A stretch of 48,442 bases of DNA from Candidatus Limadaptatus stercoripullorum (GTDB lineage Bacteria > Bacillota > Clostridia > Christensenellales > CAG-917): the NCBI GenBank assembly GCA_018713795.1, contig DVOE01000085.1:1-48442 (forward strand), in the 5' to 3' direction. Shown piece by piece: positions 1 through 8,790 of the stretch. The position numbers and the translations under genes were made by a program. Below the pieces are notes generated by a model. It had not been told where the DNA came from. It did no database searches and saw only the letters and a list, made by a program, of their open reading frames with translations. Numbering within the stretch: the stretch's first letter is position 1; every line of letters begins with the position of its first letter.

Positions 1-598
1 TTCAAGCGGCGGGCACTACCGGCTGAGATCCCCGCGTGGGGCGAGGAATTCGGCGCTCGCGCACTATGCCCGTGTCTACTTAGTGTTTAATCGGCGCTCG
101 GCACTCAAAGAGCGCGCCGCGACTTTCAAGCGGCGGCTTCGCCGCCTGTGAAAGTTTGGCTGAGCGGCGCGTGATTCCGTCTTCGAAAAATTTTAGTGCG
201 GGTATAGGAGCACCCCGAATAAGGGCGGTGCGGGGTTACTCCACTCCCCCCCCCTAAATAGGAACGAGTAAAACGCCGATATTCGGATGAAGAACAAGGA
301 AAAGCTGCCCGAGCAGACAGGAGTGCATTACCCCGCAAAATCGCCTGCGGCGATGTTTGCGGGGACCCCGAAGAAGCACCATATCATATGTCATGCGAGT
401 TCAAGGCGGCTTTGACGCAGTTATTCGCCGAATAGCGGCGAGATCGCTCCCCCCCCCTGATCAGAAACGAGTAAAACGCCGATATTTCGATGAGATGCGC
501 GAAAGCCCCGCCTCAACGGGCGCGCCGTGTACTTGTCGTACATAAGCGGTCGGTGAGGCGGGGCTGACAAAGCAGATCGCGAAATAGCGGCGTTTTAC
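1..598. repeat. Family A modular intergenic repeat, copy 1 (truncated at window start): partial module L (1-223), hairpin H1 (268-440), hairpin H2 (471-598)
   Basis: Long near-identical blocks shared with 7667-8790 and, inverted, 35265-35878. H2 is 126/128 identical to 8663-8790 and has terminal inverted repeats GTAAAACGCCG...CGGCGTTTTAC. Confidence 0.9.
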
Positions 599-2091
599 CT
601 TGGTTTCATGGTCGGGAACAACAACACATCCCTAATCGAAAAGCTGTCGGTAAGGAACATTACGAGGCGATCGACGCCCATGCCCATGCCGCCGGTGGGG
701 GGCATACCGTATTCGAGGGCGGTGATGAAGTCTTCGTCGTAGGGCTGGGCTTCCTCGTCGCCGTGCTGGCGGGCGATCATCTGAGCGGCGAAGCGTTCGC
801 GCTGGTCGACGGGATCGTTGAGTTCGCCGAAGGCGTTGGCGAGTTCGCGGCCGAGGACGAAGAGCTCGAACCTTTCGGTGAGGCGGGGGTCGTCCTTCTT
901 TTTCTTGGCGAGCGGGCTTATCTCGACGGGATAGTCGATGATGAAGACGGGACCGTGGAGCTGCTCTTCGACGAAGGCGTCGAACACTTCGGCGAGGGCT
1001 TTGCCCCATGTGGCGTCGGCGGGGATGGCGACTCCCCTGTCCTTACCGCGCCTGTTCGCCTCGGCGATAAGCTCGGAAAGGGGGGTGGAATCGAAGTCGA
1101 GCCCGGTGTATTTGAGGACGGCGTCCTTCATGGGAAGGCGCTCCCAGTTGCCGCCGAAGTCGATCTCCTGCTCCTGGTATGTAAGGCGGAGCGAGCCGCA
1201 GACCTTTTCGGCGCAATGCTTGACCAGCCGCTCGGTGATGTCCATCATGTCGCCGCAGTCGGCGTAAGCCTGATAGAGCTCGAGCAGGGTGAATTCGGGG
1301 TTATGGCGGGGGTCCATGCCCTCGTTGCGGAACACGCGCCCTATCTCGAACACCTTCTCGAAACCGCCGACTATGCAACGCTTGAGATGGAGTTCGAGCG
1401 CGATACGCAGATACATGTCCACATCGAGGGTGTTGTGGTGGGTGATGAAGGGACGCGCGTTGGCGCCGCCCGCCAGCATATGCAGCACGGGGGTCTCGAC
1501 TTCGTAGAACCCTTCGCCCTCCAAAAACTCGCGTATGGCGGAGACGATCTTGCTCCGCTTGACGAATTGCGCTCTGACCTCGGGATTGGCGATGAGGTCG
1601 ACATAACGCTGACGGTATCTGAGCTCGGGATCGCGCAGCCCGTGGAATTTCTCGGGGAGCGGGAGCAGCGATTTGGTGAGCAGAGTGACCTCGGCGGCAT
1701 GGACGGTGATCTCGCCGGTCTTGGTCTTGAACACCTTGCCGCGCACGCCGATTATGTCGCCGACATCCAGCTTTTTGACATCGGCGTACTCCTCCTGCCC
1801 GAGATCGTCGCGGCAGAAGTAGATCTGCATCTCGCCGTCGAAATCGGCGATATGCCCGAACGCCGCTTTGCCCATGACGCGCTTGGACATGAGCCTGCCC
1901 GCCAGAGCGACTTCTTTGCCTTCGAAGCCGTCGTAATCAGCCTTGACCGCCGAGCAGGTCGCCGTGCGGTCGTAACGAAGAAGCTCGAAGGGATTCTTCC
2001 CCCGAGCCGTGAGGCCCTGAAGCTTGTCCAGCCTGACCTGTCTTATCTCGCCGACATCCTGCTGCCGGACGCCGTTTTCGTCGTTGTTCAT
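595..2091 (-). CDS. lysS: Lysine--tRNA ligase (class II)
   Basis: OB-fold N-terminus, [12 protein letters not shown], motif 2 FRNEG, C-terminal [16 protein letters not shown]...IRDVLLFP. Confidence 0.98.
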   Translation of the reverse strand: MNNDENGVRQQDVGEIRQVRLDKLQGLTARGKNPFELLRYDRTATCSAVKADYDGFEGKEVALAGRLMSKRVMGKAAFGHIADFDGEMQIYFCRDDLGQEEYADVKKLDVGDIIGVRGKVFKTKTGEITVHAAEVTLLTKSLLPLPEKFHGLRDPELRYRQRYVDLIANPEVRAQFVKRSKIVSAIREFLEGEGFYEVETPVLHMLAGGANARPFITHHNTLDVDMYLRIALELHLKRCIVGGFEKVFEIGRVFRNEGMDPRHNPEFTLLELYQAYADCGDMMDITERLVKHCAEKVCGSLRLTYQEQEIDFGGNWERLPMKDAVLKYTGLDFDSTPLSELIAEANRRGKDRGVAIPADATWGKALAEVFDAFVEEQLHGPVFIIDYPVEISPLAKKKKDDPRLTERFELFVLGRELANAFGELNDPVDQRERFAAQMIARQHGDEEAQPYDEDFITALEYGMPPTGGMGMGVDRLVMFLTDSFSIRDVLLFPTMKPR

Positions 2092-2101
2092 ATCTCTCCC
2101 G

Positions 2102-2581
2102 TCAGGCGATCTCTTTGATCTCGTAAACGATGACGCCGCCGCTCGGAGTGGCGACTTCGACCTTGTCGCCCTTCTTCCTGCCTATGAGCGCGGTGCCGAG
2201 AGGCGACTCGTTGCTGATACGGTTTTCGGCGGCGTTCGCCTCGGTGGTGCCGACGATGCGATAAGTGAGTTCCTCTTTATACTTCTCGTCGTACATGGTG
2301 ACGGTGCTGCCGAGGGCGACCTCGTGACTGCCGAGCTCCGCGCTGTCTATGATGACGGCGTGCATGATCTTGTCCTCGAGCTCCTTGATCTCGGACTCGA
2401 TGAAGCTCTGCTCTTCTTTGGCGGCGTCGTACTCCGCGTTTTCGCTGAGATCGCCGAACTCGCGGGCGACCTTGATCTTCTCCGCGACCTCCCTTCTTTC
2501 GACGGTAAGCAGGTGATCAAGCCTCGCTTTGAGCTCTTTAAGCCCGTCTTTGGTCAAATAAACTTCTTTCATCTCGGTCAT
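2102..2581 (-). CDS. greA: Transcription elongation factor GreA
   Basis: [14 protein letters not shown] and [13 protein letters not shown] motifs; greA-lysS adjacency is typical of Clostridia. Confidence 0.97.
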   Translation of the reverse strand: MTEMKEVYLTKDGLKELKARLDHLLTVERREVAEKIKVAREFGDLSENAEYDAAKEEQSFIESEIKELEDKIMHAVIIDSAELGSHEVALGSTVTMYDEKYKEELTYRIVGTTEANAAENRISNESPLGTALIGRKKGDKVEVATPSGGVIVYEIKEIA

Positions 2582-3420
2582 TCGTCGACGCCGTAAGCGT
2601 CGATATCCTCCCTTTTGTCCTTATCCGCCTCGGCGTCTTCCGCCGCGGTATCTTCGCTCGTTTCGGAGATCTCTTCCTCCTCCGCGTCCGCCGCAGGCTG
2701 CTCCTCGGACTCGATCGCGGGGGTCTCGTCCGCCGCGCTCTCCGCCTCGTCCGCCTCTGCGGAAAGGGTCTCTTCCTCTGCCGCCGCGGTCGTTTCCTCG
2801 TCGCTCTCGACGAGCGCCTTCTGCTCGACGGCGCCGGGGATGGACGCGTAATTCGGGGTGTGAGCCTCGACCTTCTCGCGCACTTCGGCGTCGATCTTCT
2901 CGGCGTCGGGCTTGAACTTGGCGCGGAACTCCACCACTCTGAACTCTATGGTGTGGAATCTGAACCCGAGCGCGCCCGCAAAGGTCTCTTCGAGCAGGGT
3001 GCGCAGATAGGTCTCGGTCTCGAACACATCGCGGTCGGTGATCTTGACGGACACGCGCAGCTTGACGCCAAACTCGTTGACGACGAGGGTGACCTTGCCG
3101 GTCTTGACGCCGGGGATATCGCGGAAGCTCTCCTTGACCAGCTTGCGGATTATGCCGAGAGTGGCTTTGCAGCTGCCGCCCTGTTCGCTTCTCAGGGTGA
3201 TCTCCTTGACCGCGTCGCTCGCGCCGAAGAGCATGGCGAGCAGCCCGCCGGCAAGGACGAAGTAAAGCACGGCGAGGGTGATGAACAGCCCCTTGACGAG
3301 GTTGTTGTCGAACTCGCTCTGCTCGATGCCGCCGAACACGGTGACGAGGAGTATGACGGTAAGTACGAAGGCGATGACTATGCTCGCGGCTCCGAGGATC
3401 CTTTCGATGTTCTTTCTCAT
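2578..3420 (-). CDS. Membrane protein with two N-terminal TM helices, an Asp23/AmaP-like domain and a long acidic tail
   Basis: Two hydrophobic segments, then a domain resembling alkaline-shock anchor AmaP, then an E/A/D-rich tail. SD AAGGAG; overlaps greA start by 4 nt. Family call is by resemblance only. Confidence 0.6.
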   Translation of the reverse strand: MRKNIERILGAASIVIAFVLTVILLVTVFGGIEQSEFDNNLVKGLFITLAVLYFVLAGGLLAMLFGASDAVKEITLRSEQGGSCKATLGIIRKLVKESFRDIPGVKTGKVTLVVNEFGVKLRVSVKITDRDVFETETYLRTLLEETFAGALGFRFHTIEFRVVEFRAKFKPDAEKIDAEVREKVEAHTPNYASIPGAVEQKALVESDEETTAAAEEETLSAEADEAESAADETPAIESEEQPAADAEEEEISETSEDTAAEDAEADKDKREDIDAYGVDE

Positions 3421-3509
3421 GCTCGCTCCTTATATGAAAAAGATTTGCACGGGGCGGGCCAAGGGCTCTCGCCCGCGCGCGACCCGCACCGTGCTATTAT
3501 TTTTCATAT

Positions 3510-3538
3510 AATATAAACTATGCCCCCCGAATAGTCAA
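3510..3538 (-). promoter_or_regulatory. Sigma-A-type promoter for the membrane protein-greA-lysS operon
   Basis: TTGACT-N17-TATATT on the minus strand. Confidence 0.6.
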
Positions 3539-3607
3539 GCGATATATCCGCCGCAAAAACAAAGGGCGCGACATGACTGCCGCGCCCGCTGCGTTTTTAA
3601 GGAAAGG

Positions 3608-4549
3608 TCACTTTCTCGCGACCGCCCTCTTCGCCGCCGCGACGATGTCGGAGACGGTGAGCCCGAATTTCTCGGAGAGGTACGCCTCTTTGCCGACTTC
3701 GCCGAAGCTGTTCTTGACGCCCACGAATTCCATGGGGACGGGGCACTTCTCCGCCGCCACTTCGGCGACCGCGCTGCCGAGGCCGCCTGCGGTGGTGTGG
3801 TTCTCGCAGGTGACTATCGCGCCGGTGTCCTTCGCCGCGGACACGATCGCGTCCTCGTCGATGGGCTTCCAGGTGTGGATGTTCAGGACGCGCGCGTCTA
3901 TGCCCGCCTCCTTGAGCTCGTCCGCCGCTTTAAGCGCGCGGGCGACCATTATGCCGGACGCGATGAGCGTGACATCGCCGCCGTCTTTCAAGGTCACCGC
4001 TTTGCCGAGCTTGAACTCGAGGCTGTCGTCATAGATCTTTTCCGCCTTCTTGCGGAACATTCTGATATAGACGGCGCCGGGATAGTCGATGATCTCGGGG
4101 AGCGCCTTTTCGAGCATGGTCGCGTCGGTGGGTTCGAAGCAGACCATGTGCGGGATGGCGCGCATGATGCTCATGTCCTCGAAAGGCATGTGAGTGCCGC
4201 CGTTCGCCTCCGCCATGACGCCGGGATCGGAGCCGACGATCTTGACGGGAAGTTTGCTGTACGCCACCGAGATGAAGATCTGGTCGTAGCAACGCCTGGT
4301 CGCGAACGGCGCGAAGCTGAACGCGAAGGGGATCTTGCCGAACGCCGCCATGCCCGCGGCGACGCCGATGAGGTTCGCCTCGGCGATGCCGACATTGATG
4401 AACCGCTCGGGATAGGCTTCGAGGAAACATTTGGTGGAGTGACAGCTCATAAGGTCCGCGTCGAGCACGACTATCCTGTCGTCCTTCGCCGCCGCGCTGA
4501 CGAGACCCGCCGCCATTGTCTGCCGGACTTCTCTTTCGTCGGTCATCAT
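3608..4549 (-). CDS. Transketolase C-terminal (pyrimidine-binding) subunit
   Basis: FINVGIAEAN, GGTHMPFED and ENH...GGLGSAVAE motifs. Confidence 0.93.
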   Translation of the reverse strand: MMTDEREVRQTMAAGLVSAAAKDDRIVVLDADLMSCHSTKCFLEAYPERFINVGIAEANLIGVAAGMAAFGKIPFAFSFAPFATRRCYDQIFISVAYSKLPVKIVGSDPGVMAEANGGTHMPFEDMSIMRAIPHMVCFEPTDATMLEKALPEIIDYPGAVYIRMFRKKAEKIYDDSLEFKLGKAVTLKDGGDVTLIASGIMVARALKAADELKEAGIDARVLNIHTWKPIDEDAIVSAAKDTGAIVTCENHTTAGGLGSAVAEVAAEKCPVPMEFVGVKNSFGEVGKEAYLSEKFGLTVSDIVAAAKRAVARK

Positions 4550-5364
4550 TCATACCTCCCCGTTTCCTTGCGCCATACCTCCTCGGGAAGAGGCATACTG
4601 TGGCAGTTGGCGACGCCTTCGGTGAAGGACGCGCCCTTGCCTTTGACGGTCCTGAGAACTATCATCGACGGCTTGTCGTGCTGCGCTTTTGCGGCATCTA
4701 TCGCGTCGGATATCGCTTCGAGGTCGTGCCCGTCGATGTCCTGCACGAAGAAATTGAAAGCCTTCCACTTGTCGACGATGGGTTCCAGCCCGTTGATGCT
4801 CTCGACGGGTCCGTCAAGCTGCATCCTGTTGCTGTCGAGGAGCACGATGAGATTGTCGAGCTTCCTCGCGCCCGCCAGCATGGACGCCTCCCAGATCTGC
4901 CCTTCCTGCGACTCGCCGTCGCCGATGAAACAGTAGATCGTCGCGGGATTGCGGTCGATCTTGGCGGCTATCGCCATGCCCACCGCCGCGGACAGCCCCT
5001 GCCCCAGCGACCCCGCCGTCATGTCTATGCCCGGCGTCTTGTTCATGTCGCAGTGAGAGGGAAGATTGGTCCCGCCACGGTTGAGCGTGGTCATCCACTC
5101 GCGCGGATAATACCCGAGATCGCCGAGCACCGCGTACATGGCGGGGCCCGCATGTCCCTTGGACATTATCACGCGGTCGCGATCCTGCTTTTTGGGATCT
5201 TTGGGGTCGATGTTCGCTTTGTCGTAGTAGATGACCGTCAGCGCGTCCATGACGGACATGGTGCCGCCGATGTGCCCCACCCCGAAATGCCCGATGATCT
5301 CGATGGCGTCGTCGCGGAGCTTGCGCGCTTTTGCGGTCAGAAAATCAAGTTTTTCTTTCTGCAT
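4546..5364 (-). CDS. Transketolase N-terminal (ThDP-binding) subunit
   Basis: GHIGG, DRVIMSKGH, GSLGQGLS and the GDGESQEG...N ThDP motif. Confidence 0.94.
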   Translation of the reverse strand: MQKEKLDFLTAKARKLRDDAIEIIGHFGVGHIGGTMSVMDALTVIYYDKANIDPKDPKKQDRDRVIMSKGHAGPAMYAVLGDLGYYPREWMTTLNRGGTNLPSHCDMNKTPGIDMTAGSLGQGLSAAVGMAIAAKIDRNPATIYCFIGDGESQEGQIWEASMLAGARKLDNLIVLLDSNRMQLDGPVESINGLEPIVDKWKAFNFFVQDIDGHDLEAISDAIDAAKAQHDKPSMIVLRTVKGKGASFTEGVANCHSMPLPEEVWRKETGRYE

Positions 5365-5385
5365 AAGCCCTCCTTATCTTCGCCC

Positions 5386-5414
5386 ATTATATCATCGCGA
5401 AAACCGCATTTCAA
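5386..5414 (-). promoter_or_regulatory. Sigma-A-type promoter for the transketolase genes
   Basis: TTGAAA-N17-TATAAT with extended TG. Confidence 0.65.
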
Positions 5415-5521
5415 TATGCGCCGCGAAAAAAGTTTACGAATTAACGATTTCCCGCCGCGAATATTTGCCGCCCGCTTGACGAAACTAAACCGTGACGCGC
5501 CGCACGGCGCAGGAGACCATC

Positions 5522-6004
5522 ATGAAACTCTTTTCAAAATTGTTGATCGCGGGGCTCATCGCCCTCTCCGCCGCTTCTGCGGCACCGCTCGCCGCGGATA
5601 CGCCTTCCGCCCGCCCAAATATCGCCTCGGCTTGCTCGGCAGCGGACGACGGCGGGATATTTTCCATGCTGACCCCTGAGCTCATCGCCGCCTACGAAAA
5701 GAATATCGCGGGCGAGGAGCTGATCTCGGGGATGCCCGACTTAAAGCTTGAGCGCCTCGCGGAAAGGTTCGGCACGAGCGCGCAGCGTATGCGAGGGTTG
5801 ATCCTGCTGCGCGACATGGCGGCGAGGACGGGGAAGGGAGTCTCCCTCGCCGAGCTCGCGAAGGAGAGCGACCTCGAACTCATCCGCCGCGCCAAGCAAT
5901 GCGCGGATATCTACCTCGCCTCGCTCTCGGACGAGGAGAAAGAGCACCTCGAGCGCGAATTCCGCGCCGCCCTACAAAACTCCCCCGCCCGCATTTTCCT
6001 CTGA
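5522..6004 (+). CDS. Hypothetical exported protein
   Basis: SD AGGAG before ATG 5522; signal-peptide-like N-terminus MKLFSKLLIAGLIALSAASA; followed by a terminator. Confidence 0.7.
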   Translation: MKLFSKLLIAGLIALSAASAAPLAADTPSARPNIASACSAADDGGIFSMLTPELIAAYEKNIAGEELISGMPDLKLERLAERFGTSAQRMRGLILLRDMAARTGKGVSLAELAKESDLELIRRAKQCADIYLASLSDEEKEHLEREFRAALQNSPARIFL

Positions 6005-6032
6005 CCGCCCCGCCGCCTCTCCTATCAAAAGA

Positions 6033-6058
6033 AAAAGCGCGCCCGAAAGCGCGCTTTT
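6033..6058. terminator. Bidirectional intrinsic terminator
   Basis: AAAAGCGCGC-ccgaaa-GCGCGCTTTT between convergent genes. Confidence 0.8.
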
Positions 6059-6085
6059 GTTTGCTCATGATCCCTCGACTCGCCG

Positions 6086-7516
6086 TCAAACGACAACCGT
6101 CCCGTCCGAGCACTCTACCTCTGTGAACGGACAATCGCGGTCCCATTCCGTGCCTTTCTCTATCGCGCGCCATTCCTCTGTCGTTCCCCCATAAACAACG
6201 GAGGCAAGCGAACGGCAGAAGTAAAATGCTTCGCTCTCTATGCGTTTCACGCAGCCAGGGATGGTGATCGATGTGAGAGATGTGCAATCTTCGAATGCGG
6301 AGTAGCCTATGGTCGTCACACTGCCGTCTGTCGGTATGACGCTTGCCTTGCAGCCCGCTATCAGCGTCTTTGACGCAGTCTCGATAATACAATTCCCCGC
6401 ACTGTGATATCTGGAGTTGCCTTCGGCGACGGTCAGATTTTTGAGCCGATCGCAACCTGCGAAGGCGCAATATCCCATGCTTGTCACTCCCTTCCCGACG
6501 GCTGTGGAGGCGAGAGCTCCGCAGCTCCCGAAGGCATGGTTCCCTATGCTTGCCACGCTGTCCGGGATGGCAACGAAAACGAGAGAGTCGCAGCCATAGA
6601 AGGCATAATCCCCTATGCTCGTCACGCCGTCCGGGATGACGAGATCGGTGACGAGCGCGCCGTCGACATAAAGTTCCGCACCGCGACTCATCGGACAGGA
6701 GGAGGGGGAACCAAGATCCGTCGCCAACCACTCCTCGATATCCGCGATATTGACCGATCTGAGCGCGCGACAGTCGTAAAAGGCATCGCGTTCTATACTA
6801 GTCACGCTGCCCGGGATATCTATCGCGGCGAGCGCGCGGCAACCCGAGAACGCCCCGCTCCCTATGCTCGTCACACCGGAGGGGATGGTGACGGAAGCGA
6901 GCGATGTGCACCCGCGGAATGCGTCCCATCCTATGTCCGTCACACTGCCGGGGATGACGACCTCTCGAAGTGAAGTGCAACCGTGAAACGCTTCCGCGCC
7001 TATCCGCGTCACTCCGTCCGGGATGACGACGGACTCAAGCCCCTCGCAAACCGCGAACGCATGATCGCCTATGACCCCCACGCTTCCGTCCGCGGGAATA
7101 ACGCTGTTTTTACAACCCCGGATCAGTGTTCCGCTCGCGGTTTCGATCAGGCAGTCGCCGGCGCTGTGATAAACTCCGTTCCCGATCGCGACCGTGAGAG
7201 ACTTTAGTCCCCTGCACCAGTTGAATGCGGCGGTTCCTATGCGGGTCACACCCCGCGGAACGGCGATCGATGTGAGAGCCGTGCAGCCGAAGAACGCACG
7301 CTCGCCTATGCTCGTCACTCCGTCCGGAATGATCAGATCGCCCGCGAGGTCTTTGGCGCATCCGACCAAAACGCCACCCTCTATCTTCAAACCCGAGACC
7401 GCCGGATTTAAGCTCCCGCGCTCCGCGACGGGTTCTTTTCCGTCACACTTCGGGCAAAACGGAGCGCCGGATTCCGCGATCGTCATCTCCTCTCCGCAAC
7501 AAGGACACTTTGCCAT
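6086..7516 (-). CDS. BspA-type (LRR_5) leucine-rich repeat protein with N-terminal zinc ribbon
   Basis: Many IPDGVTSIGxxAFxGCxxL repeats; N-terminal CPCC...CPKC. Start set at ATG 7516 after SD GGAGGGG. Confidence 0.9.
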   Translation of the reverse strand: MAKCPCCGEEMTIAESGAPFCPKCDGKEPVAERGSLNPAVSGLKIEGGVLVGCAKDLAGDLIIPDGVTSIGERAFFGCTALTSIAVPRGVTRIGTAAFNWCRGLKSLTVAIGNGVYHSAGDCLIETASGTLIRGCKNSVIPADGSVGVIGDHAFAVCEGLESVVIPDGVTRIGAEAFHGCTSLREVVIPGSVTDIGWDAFRGCTSLASVTIPSGVTSIGSGAFSGCRALAAIDIPGSVTSIERDAFYDCRALRSVNIADIEEWLATDLGSPSSCPMSRGAELYVDGALVTDLVIPDGVTSIGDYAFYGCDSLVFVAIPDSVASIGNHAFGSCGALASTAVGKGVTSMGYCAFAGCDRLKNLTVAEGNSRYHSAGNCIIETASKTLIAGCKASVIPTDGSVTTIGYSAFEDCTSLTSITIPGCVKRIESEAFYFCRSLASVVYGGTTEEWRAIEKGTEWDRDCPFTEVECSDGTVVV

Positions 7517-7605
7517 ATTCCCCCTCCGTCCGTTCGATTTTCGTCCGACGCCGGCGCCGTTTTCCGACGCTCGCGGCGACACCGCCATGCAGATATAGCA
7601 AATAA

Positions 7606-7634
7606 ATTATACCATCCGCTTTTGCAAATTACAA
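7606..7634 (-). promoter_or_regulatory. Sigma-A-type promoter for the LRR gene
   Basis: TTGTAA-N17-TATAAT with extended TG. Confidence 0.6.
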
Positions 7635-7666
7635 TGCACCGCTACGCGGAGCGACGAAGTGCGACG

Positions 7667-8790
7667 CCCGTCGTGTCTAAGAACGCTTCGAATAAGGGTG
7701 GCGCTAACCCAAGTACTCTCAATCGGGCGAAGTGCCACGAGCGTGGGAATACAGACCCCCACCTTCCCTCCGGGCTTTCCTCCCCCACGCGGAATAAGGG
7801 ACAGTCCTCGTATCATGCACGATAAGCGTTAGTTTTCTACTCAAACTTATCATGGCGCACTTACTAAATTCGATCGGCGGGCACTACCGGCTGAGATCCC
7901 CGCGCGGGGCGAGGAATTCGGCGCTCGCAAATTAAAGCCTGTGTCTGCTCGGTGATACGGCGTTGCGAAGCAATTATTGCGCACTCGCGCAATAATATGC
8001 TTAACCTTCGGTGCGGCATTCAAAGAGCGCGCCGCGACTTTCAAGCGGCGGCTTCGCCGCCTGTGAAAGTTTGGCTGAGCGGCGCGTTATTCCGTCTTCG
8101 AAAAGATGTAATGCGAGTATAGGAACGCCCCGAATAAGCTTTGCGCGTGTTCAGACACCCTCCGGAGGAGTGTATTTTGCCGCTTGGACATTTGATTGCA
8201 TCGCCATCAGCCAATTAGGGACGGGGTTATGACTGGTAGCGCGCAGCGCGTAGCGGTACCAGGGCAGCCCCGTCCCTAATTGGCGGCTAAATAGAGGACT
8301 GACATAGGACTCGTGCTGCCAACGGGGACGGGGCAGCCCTGTCATGGCAAGCATGCCAGTCACACCCCCGTCCCCTTGTTGGCAGGGATTAAGCGCCCCG
8401 TCGTGTCTAAGAACGCTCTAAATAGGTGTAGTGCGCCCCTTTCCTTAAATAGGAACGAGTAAAACGCCGATATTTGGATGAAGGGCGCGAAAAGCGCCTG
8501 CTGACGTACAGGAGTGTACAAACCCCGCAAAATCGCCTGCGGCGATGTTTGCGGGGACCCCGGAGGGGCTCTCTATCAAATGCTGTGCGAGTTCAAAATG
8601 GCGCTTGACAAAGCCATTCGCCAAATAACGGCGGGATCACTCTCTCCTCTAAGTAGACACGGGTAAAACGCCGATATTTCGATGAGATGCGCGAAAGCCC
8701 CGCCTCAACGGGCGCGCGGTGTACTTCTCGTACATAAGCGGTCGGTGAGGCGGGGCTGACAAAGCAGATCGCGAAATAGCGGCGTTTTAC
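7667..8790. repeat. Family A modular intergenic repeat, copy 2: module L (~7680-8138), two GGGACGGGG/CCCCGTCCC REP-like hairpins (~8208-8284, ~8316-8384), H1 (8459-8633), H2 (8663-8790)
   Basis: Homology to 1-598 and 35265-35878; 21-bp direct repeat CCCGTCGTGTCTAAGAACGCT at 7667 and 8397; multiple inverted repeats. Confidence 0.9.

Noticed and set aside
7-70. Hammerhead or other self-cleaving ribozyme in module L (CTGAGA...CGAGGAA)
   Set aside because: Lacks the CUGANGA and GAAA core in the correct register.
126-545. ORFs inside family A repeats (also 7607-8363 and 35315-35869)
   Set aside because: Reading frames are not preserved between copies, while base pairing is.
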